DNA of 54,634 nt from Patescibacteria group bacterium. GTDB lineage: Bacteria; Patescibacteriota; Microgenomatia; Levybacterales; UBA12049. This document shows, piece by piece, positions 26,128 through 35,181 of the stretch. Numbering within the stretch: position 1 is the first letter of the stretch; the number at the start of each line of letters is the position of its first letter. The notes under the pieces were generated by a model that ran no database searches, had not been told where the DNA came from, and saw nothing but the letters and a program-made list of their open reading frames with translations. A program made the position numbers and the translations under genes. The DNA lies in assembly GCA_035715145.1 (NCBI GenBank), contig DASTLH010000033.1:1-54634 (forward strand), written 5' to 3'.

Positions 26128-26982
26128 ATGATTTCTCTCGTGGCAGAAAAGAGAAACCAACCAACACAACCAGTAACCCCTGATTCATCCAACACTCTTA
26201 CCGTAGCAACGTCCTCTGATTGGCATATCATGCATGACAGGTCAAAATATTTCTCCCCGGCACAATATAAAGAACTTATCCGAGTTATGTCTGATAACGC
26301 AGATGCAATTATTGTGACAGGAGATATTGTTGACCACCCAGATCCAACTAATCCACAAGTAGCAGTTGATGCAGCAAAAGCTGCTGCAGAAGTCTTTGCT
26401 CAAGCTAGCGTTCCGGTTATTTTACTTTTAGGAAATCATGACTTTAATGATGGAAATCCCAACGCTATTGCCCAAATTTTGCAAGACGAAGGAGGAGCAA
26501 TTGTTTTAGATGGACAATCATACGTTATTGAGGGCGTTGGAATTGCCGGAACAAAAGGCATGGGAGGAGGATTTGGGACGAGGAGAAATAGATCTGACAC
26601 CATGGTTGGAGAACCAGAATATAGACGCCTAACGCTTGAATCTGAAGCAGAAAACGACAAACTAGCAATTGCCCTGGCACAATTAACTACCGCACGAAAA
26701 CTCGTAGCAGTTCATTATGCTCCCATTACCCAAACCCTTGAAGGTGAGCCGGTAGATCTTTTTAATTTGCTTGGAAGTTCTCAGTTAGAAGACATTATTG
26801 ATGCAGACGGACATGTAGCAGCGGTAGTGCATGGGCATGCTCATCATGGAAGCCAAGAGGGCCACACACAAACTGGTGTCCCTGTTTATAATGTAGCAAT
26901 TCAAGTTCTTGACCCTCAAGGAGTTAGGGCAAGAGAATTTCACCCCAAAAATCTTTTTAGACAAATTGTTGTTGAAAAATAA
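26128..26982 (+). CDS. calcineurin-like metallophosphoesterase
   Basis: Motifs SSDWH, VTGDIVDH, LLGNHDF and VHGHAHHG. Confidence 0.8.
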   Translation: MISLVAEKRNQPTQPVTPDSSNTLTVATSSDWHIMHDRSKYFSPAQYKELIRVMSDNADAIIVTGDIVDHPDPTNPQVAVDAAKAAAEVFAQASVPVILLLGNHDFNDGNPNAIAQILQDEGGAIVLDGQSYVIEGVGIAGTKGMGGGFGTRRNRSDTMVGEPEYRRLTLESEAENDKLAIALAQLTTARKLVAVHYAPITQTLEGEPVDLFNLLGSSQLEDIIDADGHVAAVVHGHAHHGSQEGHTQTGVPVYNVAIQVLDPQGVRAREFHPKNLFRQIVVEK

Positions 26983-26991
26983 ACTAAAAAA

Positions 26992-27231
26992 TTAGCTCTC
27001 CATTGCAGAAGATATAGTATCCGTTCTTCTTACTGTTTCTCCTTTTTTGACCCGACAGCTTCCTGTTGTTTTATCAATCATCGGACAGCCAACCGGCCTC
27101 ACCAAATCCCCCCTATCAACGCCAATAGTCAAACCCCGTGCTCTACATAATGCTGGAGGAATTTTAGTAGTATCAATTTCTATAAATGGACAGAACTGCC
27201 CACCTGATCGTATTGTTACTTTTTCTGCCAT
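26992..27231 (-). CDS. small hypothetical four-Cys protein, last ORF of the lipid operon
   Basis: 79 aa with Cys14/29/49/59, 15 nt downstream of the CarS-like gene on the same strand. No family recognised. Confidence 0.35.
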   Translation of the reverse strand: MAEKVTIRSGGQFCPFIEIDTTKIPPALCRARGLTIGVDRGDLVRPVGCPMIDKTTGSCRVKKGETVRRTDTISSAMES

Positions 27232-27245
27232 TGTCTATAAGAAAA

Positions 27246-27767
27246 TTATATTCGTGAAGGCTTAAGTTTTAAAATATAGCCAATATTTGTTGATACAAGA
27301 TGAATTCCTACCCACAAAAAAAGAGAAAGCATATAGTGATAAAAAGACAAAGGATAATACCAGACAGTTGCAAGAATTGCCCCCAAAATGTAATCTAGTT
27401 GATCAAACGGTACCCAGGAAACTCCAGAGGCAATAGAAAATTGTCGCTTAAAAAAACTTTTGACGCTATCTCCACCCAACGCTCCAAACGACAAAAGAAA
27501 TCCAAGCAAATAAAGGTTTTTACCTGAGTCATATACATGGAAAAAATGCTGCACGACAAAAAGAGCAATCATTCCCCCAATAATTCCTGTCACAAATCCC
27601 CTCATGGTTTTGTGATCTCCCAAAATTCTTACCCCCTTGATTGTTTTATAAGAGTCGACCGGATAATCAAACTTTTTAAGAAAAGGTATCTTGGCGGCAA
27701 ACACCGGCATAACATTGGAAACCCCAGCCGGAAGGAAAAATAACAATGCAAAAAATATCTCACTCAT
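27246..27767 (-). CDS. carS: CDP-archaeol synthase (CarS / DUF46) family cytidylyltransferase homologue
   Basis: Five-TM, 173-aa protein. ILGDHKTMRGF, FGALGGDSVKSFFKRQF, FDQLDYIL and NIGYILKLK correspond to the conserved blocks of archaeal CarS as I recall them. Confidence 0.75.
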   Translation of the reverse strand: MSEIFFALLFFLPAGVSNVMPVFAAKIPFLKKFDYPVDSYKTIKGVRILGDHKTMRGFVTGIIGGMIALFVVQHFFHVYDSGKNLYLLGFLLSFGALGGDSVKSFFKRQFSIASGVSWVPFDQLDYILGAILATVWYYPLSFYHYMLSLFLWVGIHLVSTNIGYILKLKPSRI

Positions 27768-28677
27768 ACGTAAATGGCATTTGTTCTAGCTCGATTTTTT
27801 CAATGTCATTTCGCAAAAATGTCACAGCTTTGGGAAGAATTTCGATCTCAATTGGTTTTATATGAATTGCAGGATCTCCATCTACTTGCGCAAATTGTTC
27901 TCCTGAAATAGTAATATGTTTTGCCCTAAAATGTACCTTATTTTCATCAGAATACAAAGGATGTTTAAACCCTCGCAAACGAAGATTGGTAAAGTAGGCA
28001 TAATGGGAAGAAAAAAGTGTACAGTCCAAAAATCCATCATCTAATTTTGCATCCTCTGACAGAATAAAATTTCTCCCAATGGTTGGTGAATTGGCAATAA
28101 TTAAAGCGGTTGCCGTACTAGACAAAGTAATTTTATGATCTATGGTAATAGTAAGTTTATGCATCGTGTGCATAATTGAGCTTTGTATTGCTGCCAAAAT
28201 ATACGAACGCATACCAATATACCGGTGATACATTCTTGTGTGAACAATCTGTGCATCAAATCCAACTCCCATAGAAAACACGCCGATTGGTTTTTCAGGA
28301 ATAGTTGTTTTAAATAAATCAATAAGAACTTTTCCTGGCTGTTTTTCCAAAACAGATACTGCCTTTTCTACTGTTTCTACCCCAAAACATTTTGAGAGTG
28401 CATTTCCAAACCCCAAAGGGATAATTGCTAAAAGTGGCTTTTTTGAAAGAGGTGAAACTGCCTGACAGACTCTATTAATTGCTCCGTCTCCCCCAATAAT
28501 TACCACTAAATCAGGATTGTCATTTTTAATAAATCCTGACAGATCAGCAATTGTAGTCATATCAACAGGATTCTCAGAAAGCGTTTTATATTTTTTAGCA
28601 ATCACACGCCAGCGCTTCATTGCATCTCCTTCATTTGCTTTTGAATTAATAAGAAAAAGTTTTTTTTGTTTCATCAT
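27760..28677 (-). CDS. diacylglycerol-kinase-type lipid kinase (DAGK_cat / YegS-like)
   Basis: VVIIGGDGAINRV and IIPLGFGNALSK match the DAGK catalytic-domain motifs. 8-nt overlap with the CarS-like gene. Confidence 0.8.
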   Translation of the reverse strand: MMKQKKLFLINSKANEGDAMKRWRVIAKKYKTLSENPVDMTTIADLSGFIKNDNPDLVVIIGGDGAINRVCQAVSPLSKKPLLAIIPLGFGNALSKCFGVETVEKAVSVLEKQPGKVLIDLFKTTIPEKPIGVFSMGVGFDAQIVHTRMYHRYIGMRSYILAAIQSSIMHTMHKLTITIDHKITLSSTATALIIANSPTIGRNFILSEDAKLDDGFLDCTLFSSHYAYFTNLRLRGFKHPLYSDENKVHFRAKHITISGEQFAQVDGDPAIHIKPIEIEILPKAVTFLRNDIEKIELEQMPFTYE

Positions 28678-29327
28678 GAAAGATACTTTCTAATTGTATT
28701 TATTTTGGGATAAAAAAATGCTGAAAAAGGCAAATACTGGGTATGAAATATTCCATCACTGAGTGTTTTTTTAAATGTTTGCTTTGTCGGGAAAGAAGAA
28801 ATAGTAACATAGCTATACCCAAGTGCCTGACTATTATGAGCATCACTTCCCAATCCCTTTAAAAATCCCATACTTTCTGCTACATTTTTTGCCTGAGTAT
28901 TTTGGTTTTTAAGAATCACCCGAGCATTAAAAACCTCAAAAATATCAATATTATTTGCACTTTTCATAACGTTTTCCAAGCCAATGCCATGCCGTAAACT
29001 ATCAAGTGCATGAGGAATATAGACTAATCCGCCCTGGCGTTTAATTTCCTCTATGGTGTCCTCCAAAGAGAGATGGGAGGGAATTGTTTTGTGAAGAAAG
29101 AGCCCAATCACATGTCCTTCAAGTGTAGACATTTCTTCTCCCACAATAATTTTTTCTCCTAATTTTTTCTGGACAAATTGTGCGTATTCAACGCTGTGGT
29201 GATCGGTGATTGCCACCATATCCAAAATTCCTTTTTTTAGAACTGTTGCATACTGCTCATGGGTAATTGCTCCATCTGGTGATAGAATAGAATGAGTGTG
29301 ACAATCAATTTTTATTTTTTGCGCCAT
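28674..29327 (-). CDS. PHP-domain metal-dependent phosphoesterase
   Basis: DCHTHS, ITDHH, IPHA and GSDAH metal-ligand motifs. ATGA overlap with the lipid kinase. Confidence 0.8.
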   Translation of the reverse strand: MAQKIKIDCHTHSILSPDGAITHEQYATVLKKGILDMVAITDHHSVEYAQFVQKKLGEKIIVGEEMSTLEGHVIGLFLHKTIPSHLSLEDTIEEIKRQGGLVYIPHALDSLRHGIGLENVMKSANNIDIFEVFNARVILKNQNTQAKNVAESMGFLKGLGSDAHNSQALGYSYVTISSFPTKQTFKKTLSDGIFHTQYLPFSAFFYPKINTIRKYLS

Positions 29328-29904
29328 GATAAGTAAATTTAAACAACAACTTCAGCCGCTCATAGGTATTATAGCTCACCCATTCCTGTCATGGAACCCA
29401 TCAGTCCTAACCCTCTTAAGCCTGAGTAGTGCTCTGGTCTTTTTTCTGGGAGCTATTTTTCATATCTATTGGCTAAGTATTGTCAGCATCTTAGGTTTTC
29501 TTTTTGACGCAATAGATGGATATGTTGCCAGAAAAACAGGAAAAGTGACAAAGTTTGGAGGATTTCTTGATTCAACTACAGACAGAATTGCTGACGCTCT
29601 TTTGATGAGTGCCTTTGGCTATGCTGGACTGGTCAGTTGGACAATTGTTGTTCCACTGATTGTCACGAGCCTTCTTATTAGCTACATCAGAGCACGAGGA
29701 GAATTTGCCTTTCTGTTGCAAAAATCTGCGGCAGAAGGGTTGATGCAACGAACAGAACGAATCATCATTTTATATGTCCTTTTTCTTGCTTTTGTATCCA
29801 CCAACAGTACAGGTGTTTTATTCTGGGGAATTCTTGTTATTACCATTCTTAATTGTTTTACAATTCTTCAAAGACTCTTGTTTTTTGCCCGCCAATCAGA
29901 ATAA
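29326..29904 (+). CDS. CDP-alcohol phosphatidyltransferase
   Basis: Signature DAIDGYVARKTGKVTKFGGFLDSTTDRIAD (DxxDGxxAR...GxxxDxxxD); multi-TM, 192 aa. Confidence 0.9.
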   Translation: MISKFKQQLQPLIGIIAHPFLSWNPSVLTLLSLSSALVFFLGAIFHIYWLSIVSILGFLFDAIDGYVARKTGKVTKFGGFLDSTTDRIADALLMSAFGYAGLVSWTIVVPLIVTSLLISYIRARGEFAFLLQKSAAEGLMQRTERIIILYVLFLAFVSTNSTGVLFWGILVITILNCFTILQRLLFFARQSE

Positions 29905-29917
29905 ACACCACTATAGG

Positions 29918-29946
29918 TTGTTTTTCTGGCAGTTTTCTGCTATACT
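29918..29946 (+). promoter_or_regulatory. sigma70-like promoter TTGTTT-N17-TATACT, 7 nt before ATG 29954
   Basis: TATACT 29941-29946, CTCCCAA, ATG. Confidence 0.5.
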
Positions 29947-29953
29947 CTCCCAA

Positions 29954-30889
29954 ATGATAAAACATCTGAAAGTCCTTCACCACAGATGGAAATCACTGCC
30001 AAAAGTCTGGAACGTATTGGCAATTCTTCTGGTGCTTATCCCCTTTCTGACAGGCGCAACAAGCTTAGTTCAGCACGCTTACTTTACAAAGCAAATGTCT
30101 CATGCCAATTCCCTTCCTTCTCTTTTTAAACTCACAGCGCTTCCTTCTGCTACGCCAACTCCAGAAAAAAAACCTACTCAGGCTCCAACATCATACACAC
30201 AAAGAACTACACAACCAACCCTGACTCCCACTCCTACCAAAGCTGCTCAGGACACAATGCCACCTGTTATCACCTCAATGACAGGCCCAGCAAATGGAGA
30301 TACGATTACGTCCAATTCTGTTTGTTTTCCCGTTGTTATTTCAGACAACGTTTCCCAATATCCCAACTTATATATTCATACCCAGTTTGACTCATCTAAC
30401 TGGACTGATTGGTCAAATAATGTCAGTCCCTGTTTTAGTAATTTAAGTAATGGTCCTCACAGCTTTTCAGTAGCAGCAAAAGATCAGGCAGGCAACGTCA
30501 GTGCACCTATTACCAGAACATTTGGAGTAAGTGTTGCCCAAAACATTACCATAACAGTAAATGGACACTCTTTTGCTGATGCCAATTGTAACGGAATCAG
30601 GGATGCGGGAGAGAACGATATAACAAACGGAACAACAACTGCCTCCCTTTTTAAACAGCCGGAAAATAGTCTTTTTGTATCTGGCAATACTGACAGTTCT
30701 GGAACATTTACTCTTTCTGGAACAATTCTTGATACCAGCTCAATTACTGTGAATGTCATTCTTGTTGCACCAAGTGGATATGGTGCCCCGTACAGCCCAA
30801 AACAGGTTACCCTTTCCAAACAAAATAGCTCAGCAACTGTCGATGTCCCCTTTGTTCCAAATGCTGATAGAGGTCTTTGTCACTTCTAA
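29954..30889 (+). CDS. membrane-anchored surface protein with Pro/Thr linker and Ig/SdrD-B-like domains
   Basis: Start at MIKHLKV. TM helix VLAILLVLIPFLTGA, linker ATPTPEKKPTQAPT...TLTPTPT, and ITITVNGHSFADANCNGIRDAGENDITNG, an SdrD B-like repeat. Confidence 0.7.
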   Translation: MIKHLKVLHHRWKSLPKVWNVLAILLVLIPFLTGATSLVQHAYFTKQMSHANSLPSLFKLTALPSATPTPEKKPTQAPTSYTQRTTQPTLTPTPTKAAQDTMPPVITSMTGPANGDTITSNSVCFPVVISDNVSQYPNLYIHTQFDSSNWTDWSNNVSPCFSNLSNGPHSFSVAAKDQAGNVSAPITRTFGVSVAQNITITVNGHSFADANCNGIRDAGENDITNGTTTASLFKQPENSLFVSGNTDSSGTFTLSGTILDTSSITVNVILVAPSGYGAPYSPKQVTLSKQNSSATVDVPFVPNADRGLCHF

Positions 30890-32406
30890 TGGAGAGACTC
30901 GTACATATTCTTTGCTTCTTCAAAATTTACTACCCACCCAGTCTGACGGATACTCTTATAAAATATATTTTCTAAAAACTTCCCAGAACTGGTATACACT
31001 TCCGGATACCCACGATACTCAACAATATTTCTATCATAAGCATCGAGGTTTTCTTTAGCAGCGCGTTTATAGGCTGAGTTTTGAGTAGCCTGATAAAGTA
31101 ACTCAAGCGTTTTAATGTATTCCATTCCCCAGTGACTCCAAATAGCATCTTCCCCATACGATGGGACAAAGTATCTCACAAAGAAAAATTCCTTTGACCT
31201 ATCTGTTGCACTCTGATATTTCAATCCAAATGGTTTATCAATTTTATTTTCCTGAATGTATGTTATTGCCCGCGTAACGTATTGTTGGTCCATTTGATTA
31301 CTTAAATCAAAAAATCCAGTAGAGACTCCTATCAACCAATCAGACGAATAGCTGTGAGCAGAAAGAGAGTCACTTGATAAGTCATCGATAAAATATCCCC
31401 CTTTTTCATACCAGAATGCTTGGATAATTCTCTGTTTGAGTCTATCTAGATCGTCCTGAGGAATGGAAATTATTCCTAAGTTGCTTGCAAGAGATAACGT
31501 TTTCCAGTAAATGACATTATCATAAAATGAACTTTGTCTAATTGCGGCATCACGCGCACTAGAAAGATGAATTGATTTTTTGATAAGACCAGTTTTTTGA
31601 TCGTATACTGTTTTTCTATAAACTAAAAGTAATTCTTCCAAATTTTTATGATAAGACAAAAGAAGTTTCTTAGCTGCCTCTTGTGTTTTAAGTGGATAAA
31701 CATCAGACCCTGATTGCTGCAATTGAGACAAGGCGTATAAAACGCCGTAGAGAGAATCAGAGGGATAAGTAAAAATATTAATTGGGACAACCTCTGTTGA
31801 TCCTATTGGCACGATTGTTGTTGTTGTATTGTGAAGCTTGGAAAAGGTATCCAAAGCATAGGCTGTAGACTGAAGGAAAATTCTCTGTCTATTTTCCCAA
31901 TCATTTTTATTTAACGCCGTGGACGAATCAAGTGTCGATGCATAAAAAATCCCAAGATTTCTTGGATAAAAAACGACAAAATGATCTCCAGAAATAAGAT
32001 AAGGAAAAGAAGGGTTAAATCGTAATTGATGGATTTCTGCAATAATCCCTGATTCTGTTAACGAAAGTGTTTTGGGACTTCCCAAATAGACATTAGCAAT
32101 AATATGTGCAGCTGATTTGTAATAAGCGAATGCTCTTAAAATTGGATTAGTAACAACATGTAATGAGTAATTCTGATGTAAAACAATTTGATTGTTTTTA
32201 ATTGTTGTTGAAAATGGTTGTTGAATAATATTTAGAGAATGAAAAGGATTTGTTACAAATACCCACAAGTTGATAAAAAAAATAAAGCAAATAAAAAATC
32301 CAATTCCTGCTGAAAATAATTTGCTCGAAAAAGATCGTTCTGGGATATATTGTGAAGATTTTTTAAGGGCCATAGGCATTGCACTATAATACAATAGAAA
32401 ATACAT
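30886..32406 (-). CDS. membrane-anchored hypothetical protein, possibly an (alpha/alpha)6-barrel glycoside-hydrolase-like fold
   Basis: 506 aa with an N-terminal TM helix. The helix-rich body carries Trp/Tyr/Asp-rich segments (FWYEKGGYFIDD, AIWSHWGMEY). The fold call is a guess. Confidence 0.55.
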   Translation of the reverse strand: MYFLLYYSAMPMALKKSSQYIPERSFSSKLFSAGIGFFICFIFFINLWVFVTNPFHSLNIIQQPFSTTIKNNQIVLHQNYSLHVVTNPILRAFAYYKSAAHIIANVYLGSPKTLSLTESGIIAEIHQLRFNPSFPYLISGDHFVVFYPRNLGIFYASTLDSSTALNKNDWENRQRIFLQSTAYALDTFSKLHNTTTTIVPIGSTEVVPINIFTYPSDSLYGVLYALSQLQQSGSDVYPLKTQEAAKKLLLSYHKNLEELLLVYRKTVYDQKTGLIKKSIHLSSARDAAIRQSSFYDNVIYWKTLSLASNLGIISIPQDDLDRLKQRIIQAFWYEKGGYFIDDLSSDSLSAHSYSSDWLIGVSTGFFDLSNQMDQQYVTRAITYIQENKIDKPFGLKYQSATDRSKEFFFVRYFVPSYGEDAIWSHWGMEYIKTLELLYQATQNSAYKRAAKENLDAYDRNIVEYRGYPEVYTSSGKFLENIFYKSIRQTGWVVNFEEAKNMYESLH

Positions 32407-32488
32407 ATATCAAATAGGTTCTTCAAAAACTTTACGCAAGATAGAATTTGCATTACCCCTAGTGTTTCTGATATAAAAGACTCTCCTT

Positions 32489-33112
32489 ATGGGAAGACAA
32501 AAAAAGAGTCTTAGGCAACTCTCACAAAATCCTCTTCACCAGCACGGCATTCCTTTATTTATTGCATTTTTTTTGGTGTTTATTCTCTTTTCTCTTGTTT
32601 CCTCTTTTTCAGTCCAGGCTGACACTCTTCCCACTCCAACTCCCTCCTACTCACCTGTTCCTATTAGCTCCTCGTCTAATAATTCCTTTATTGGCGAACC
32701 TCAACAAAATCATATTACTCCTCCCTCTGCAAATTATTTTCCTCCGGCAACAAACTCTGCAACACTGAATGCAGACGTTCTTTTTTCTCTGGTAAACGAG
32801 TATCGTCAACAAGTTGGCCTTGCTCCATTTCAAAAAAATGACCAATTGTGCACACTCGCAACAAATCGCGCACCAGAGGCACAAAATGAAATTTATGTTA
32901 CCGGGAACCTCCATAAAGGAATGTATGAGAGAAGTTTGCCATATTGGAACACAGAAAATATTATTGCAATCAATTCAGAAACAGCAGCTCTCAATTGGTG
33001 GTTATCAGATGCAATTCACAAAGCTGCAGTTTTAGGAAATTATCAATACAGTTGTACTGCTTGTCAGGGGAATACCTGTGTAGAAGAATTTTCCAATTTT
33101 GAGAAAAAATAA
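32489..33112 (+). CDS. membrane-anchored CAP/SCP (YkwD-like) domain protein
   Basis: TM helix, Pro/Ser linker, then LVNEYRQQVGLAPFQKNDQLCTLATNRA...WLSDAIHKAAVLG, typical of CAP-domain proteins. Confidence 0.7.
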   Translation: MGRQKKSLRQLSQNPLHQHGIPLFIAFFLVFILFSLVSSFSVQADTLPTPTPSYSPVPISSSSNNSFIGEPQQNHITPPSANYFPPATNSATLNADVLFSLVNEYRQQVGLAPFQKNDQLCTLATNRAPEAQNEIYVTGNLHKGMYERSLPYWNTENIIAINSETAALNWWLSDAIHKAAVLGNYQYSCTACQGNTCVEEFSNFEKK

Positions 33113-33175
33113 TTCCCCACAAAAAAACACTTGAATTCCAAGAATAAATTTCTTTAAAACCCAAGTGCTTTCTTT

Positions 33176-33799
33176 TTAGAATCCCAATGATTCTTTGACA
33201 AAAATTATGTGAATTCGTTGAGGAACAACCTCTCGATTGACCACAAGAAGCTTACTGACAAAGCTATTAAAAGTATCTGGAAGACCATATGCTTTTCTTG
33301 CTCTCACTGATTCTTTTGGCAAGACATAGTCATACACTCTTTCTTTTGCCTGCTCATCGTTTTCAACAATTTTTTGTGCACCTATTACCCATATGACTTT
33401 TCCGGCTGCGTATACATATGCAGGAAGTTGACTTCCCGTATTTGATGCAATAAACACATGACCGTCTGTTGTCACTGCGTGAGCACTTCCAACTGCATAC
33501 TCAGGAGCTGTTCCTAATTTTTGCATTTCTCGTGCTTGTGTTTCTCGATCCATAGCCATCAATTGTTTTTTGATTGCTATATATTTTCCAGACTCCATAA
33601 TTTCCTCACTTAAACCAATGCTATCAAGAGTTATCGAAGTCATGTTCATTACCTCTGCATGTTCTGGAATAAGAGAGAGAACTTTTTCTTTTGCTTCTTC
33701 ACCACTTGCAACAACTTCTGCTTCCATACCATTTTCTTTGAGTGCATCAATTGTTTTTTGGATAATTGAATCGTCTGGAATATGATTAAAATCTTTCAT
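33176..33799 (-). CDS. LUD-domain (DUF162, LutC-like) protein
   Basis: FIASNTGSQLPAYVYAAGKVIWVIGAQKIV matches the LUD domain core. Strong AAGGAGGTGA Shine-Dalgarno before the ATG at 33799. Confidence 0.75.
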   Translation of the reverse strand: MKDFNHIPDDSIIQKTIDALKENGMEAEVVASGEEAKEKVLSLIPEHAEVMNMTSITLDSIGLSEEIMESGKYIAIKKQLMAMDRETQAREMQKLGTAPEYAVGSAHAVTTDGHVFIASNTGSQLPAYVYAAGKVIWVIGAQKIVENDEQAKERVYDYVLPKESVRARKAYGLPDTFNSFVSKLLVVNREVVPQRIHIIFVKESLGF

Positions 33800-33880
33800 T
33801 TTTTCACCTCCTTTTAAGGTAAACAAAATATCAAAAAAAATACTTGCTTTTCCTTCTCTATTTGCTATACTAGCACTAGT

Positions 33881-33899
33881 TACTTTAATTTGTAAAGTA
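33881..33899 (+). promoter_or_regulatory. inverted repeat TACTTTA-N5-TAAAGTA, candidate HxlR operator
   Basis: Perfect 7-bp inverted repeat in the hxlR-like leader, between promoter TTGCTT-N16-TATACT (33844-33871) and ATG 33910. Confidence 0.4.
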
Positions 33900-33909
33900 C
33901 TTACATAAA

Positions 33910-34239
33910 ATGAAGCAAGTTAATACAAACGGCTGTGATCACTGCGGTGTTTCAAAAACCCTTAAAATTATTGGGAGTAAATGGACCATGCTTTTACTTC
34001 ATAATCTCTTTGAAGGGAAAAAACGCTTTGGAGAATTAGAACGTGCTCTTGTTGGTATTAGTCCAAAAACCCTTTCTTTAAGGCTACAAGAATTAGAAAC
34101 AGAAGGCATTATTAATAAAAAAGTATTTGCAGAAGTTCCCCTTCACGTTGAGTATACCCTTACCGAAAAAGGTCTCTCTTTAAAGTCAATTTTTAATGCA
34201 ATGACTCGATGGGGAGATAGCAAATCAGAGGAAATATGA
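33910..34239 (+). CDS. HxlR-family winged-helix transcriptional regulator
   Basis: CGVSKTLKIIGSKWTMLLLHNLFEGKKRFGELERALVGISPKTLSLRLQELETEGII...VEYTLTEKG is the canonical HxlR layout. Confidence 0.9.
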   Translation: MKQVNTNGCDHCGVSKTLKIIGSKWTMLLLHNLFEGKKRFGELERALVGISPKTLSLRLQELETEGIINKKVFAEVPLHVEYTLTEKGLSLKSIFNAMTRWGDSKSEEI

Positions 34240-34355
34240 AAACCAATCAATTAGATTCTCGCTATGCACGATTTCGCATGATTGCCATTGCTCTTGCTGT
34301 TTTATCTCTGGGCCTAGCAATTGCCTATATTGGACTTATTTTTTCCTTTCGGTAA
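34236..34355 (+). CDS. possible 39-aa single-TM peptide, ATGA-coupled to the HxlR-like gene
   Basis: MKTNQLDSRYARFRMIAIALAVLSLGLAIAYIGLIFSFR. Its start overlaps the hxlR-like stop (ATGA at 34236-34239). Below the ORF-track cutoff. Confidence 0.35.
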   Translation: MKTNQLDSRYARFRMIAIALAVLSLGLAIAYIGLIFSFR

Positions 34356-34377
34356 TTTTGCTGTTTTTTTAAAGGTG

Positions 34378-34386
34378 TGAGATAAT
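34378..34386 (+). promoter_or_regulatory. extended -10 element (TGaGATAAT) 6 nt before ATG 34393
   Basis: TGAGATAAT-AATTGT-ATG. Confidence 0.4.
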
Positions 34387-34392
34387 AATTGT

Positions 34393-35136
34393 ATGGATCA
34401 GCAAGAACTTATTACAGAACAAGAAATTGCCAACAGTATCCAAGAAGCCCCTCGCGGTACATCAAAATCATTTTTGAAAATATTTTTTGTAGTCCTTATT
34501 ATTGTAGTAGCTCTTGGAACAGGAGGATATTTCCTCGCAAAACAGAACAATAAAACTCTCTCCTCTCTTTTTACAGTTACACCAGTTGCAACACCAACTC
34601 CTTCTGTTATCCCAACTTCCACTCCAACTCCAACCCCTGAGCGTTCCCTTCTTTCACCTACTCAAACAAAAACTCCCACCCCAACTCCTGCACAACACAT
34701 CTATAAAGACACCTATTTAGGGTATTCTATCTCTTATCCTTTCTCTTGGATTTTCAGAAAAACCTATGGCCCAGATATCCAAAAACAAGCGCCAACTGAT
34801 GTAAAAAGTGGAATAGATCTGACAAATAATACAACACTCAATGGACAAACAATGACTCAAGCAACAATTGTGGTAAACGTACTGGACAGACATAACGCTT
34901 CAGATATTCAGACCTGGATTTCTCAATATGATTTGAATTACCCCAAGAATGCAACCAAACAAGCAGTCACATTCAATGGCTTTTCAGCTATAAAATATAA
35001 TAATTTTTTACAAGGCTCCTATCCAACAGAATATCTCTATTTCCTTTCAGGAAGTTATGCCTACAGAATCCAGTATTGGGAACAAGCTGGTATTTCTGAA
35101 GAAACCAGAGCAGTTATTGCCTCCTTCAAACCATAA
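34393..35136 (+). CDS. membrane-anchored hypothetical surface protein with Pro/Thr linker
   Basis: 247 aa. TM helix FFVVLIIVVALGTGGYFL, linker ATPTPSVIPTSTPTPTPE...TKTPTPTP, then a globular domain of unknown family. Confidence 0.65.
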   Translation: MDQQELITEQEIANSIQEAPRGTSKSFLKIFFVVLIIVVALGTGGYFLAKQNNKTLSSLFTVTPVATPTPSVIPTSTPTPTPERSLLSPTQTKTPTPTPAQHIYKDTYLGYSISYPFSWIFRKTYGPDIQKQAPTDVKSGIDLTNNTTLNGQTMTQATIVVNVLDRHNASDIQTWISQYDLNYPKNATKQAVTFNGFSAIKYNNFLQGSYPTEYLYFLSGSYAYRIQYWEQAGISEETRAVIASFKP

Positions 35137-35181
35137 AAACTTGCCTTCTTGTGTTAAACGGCCTACAATGTGTTGACTTTC

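Noticed and set aside
26436-26660. Minus-strand ORF inside the metallophosphoesterase gene, and similar antisense ORFs inside prs (25145-25831)
   Set aside because: They are antisense shadows of well-supported genes.
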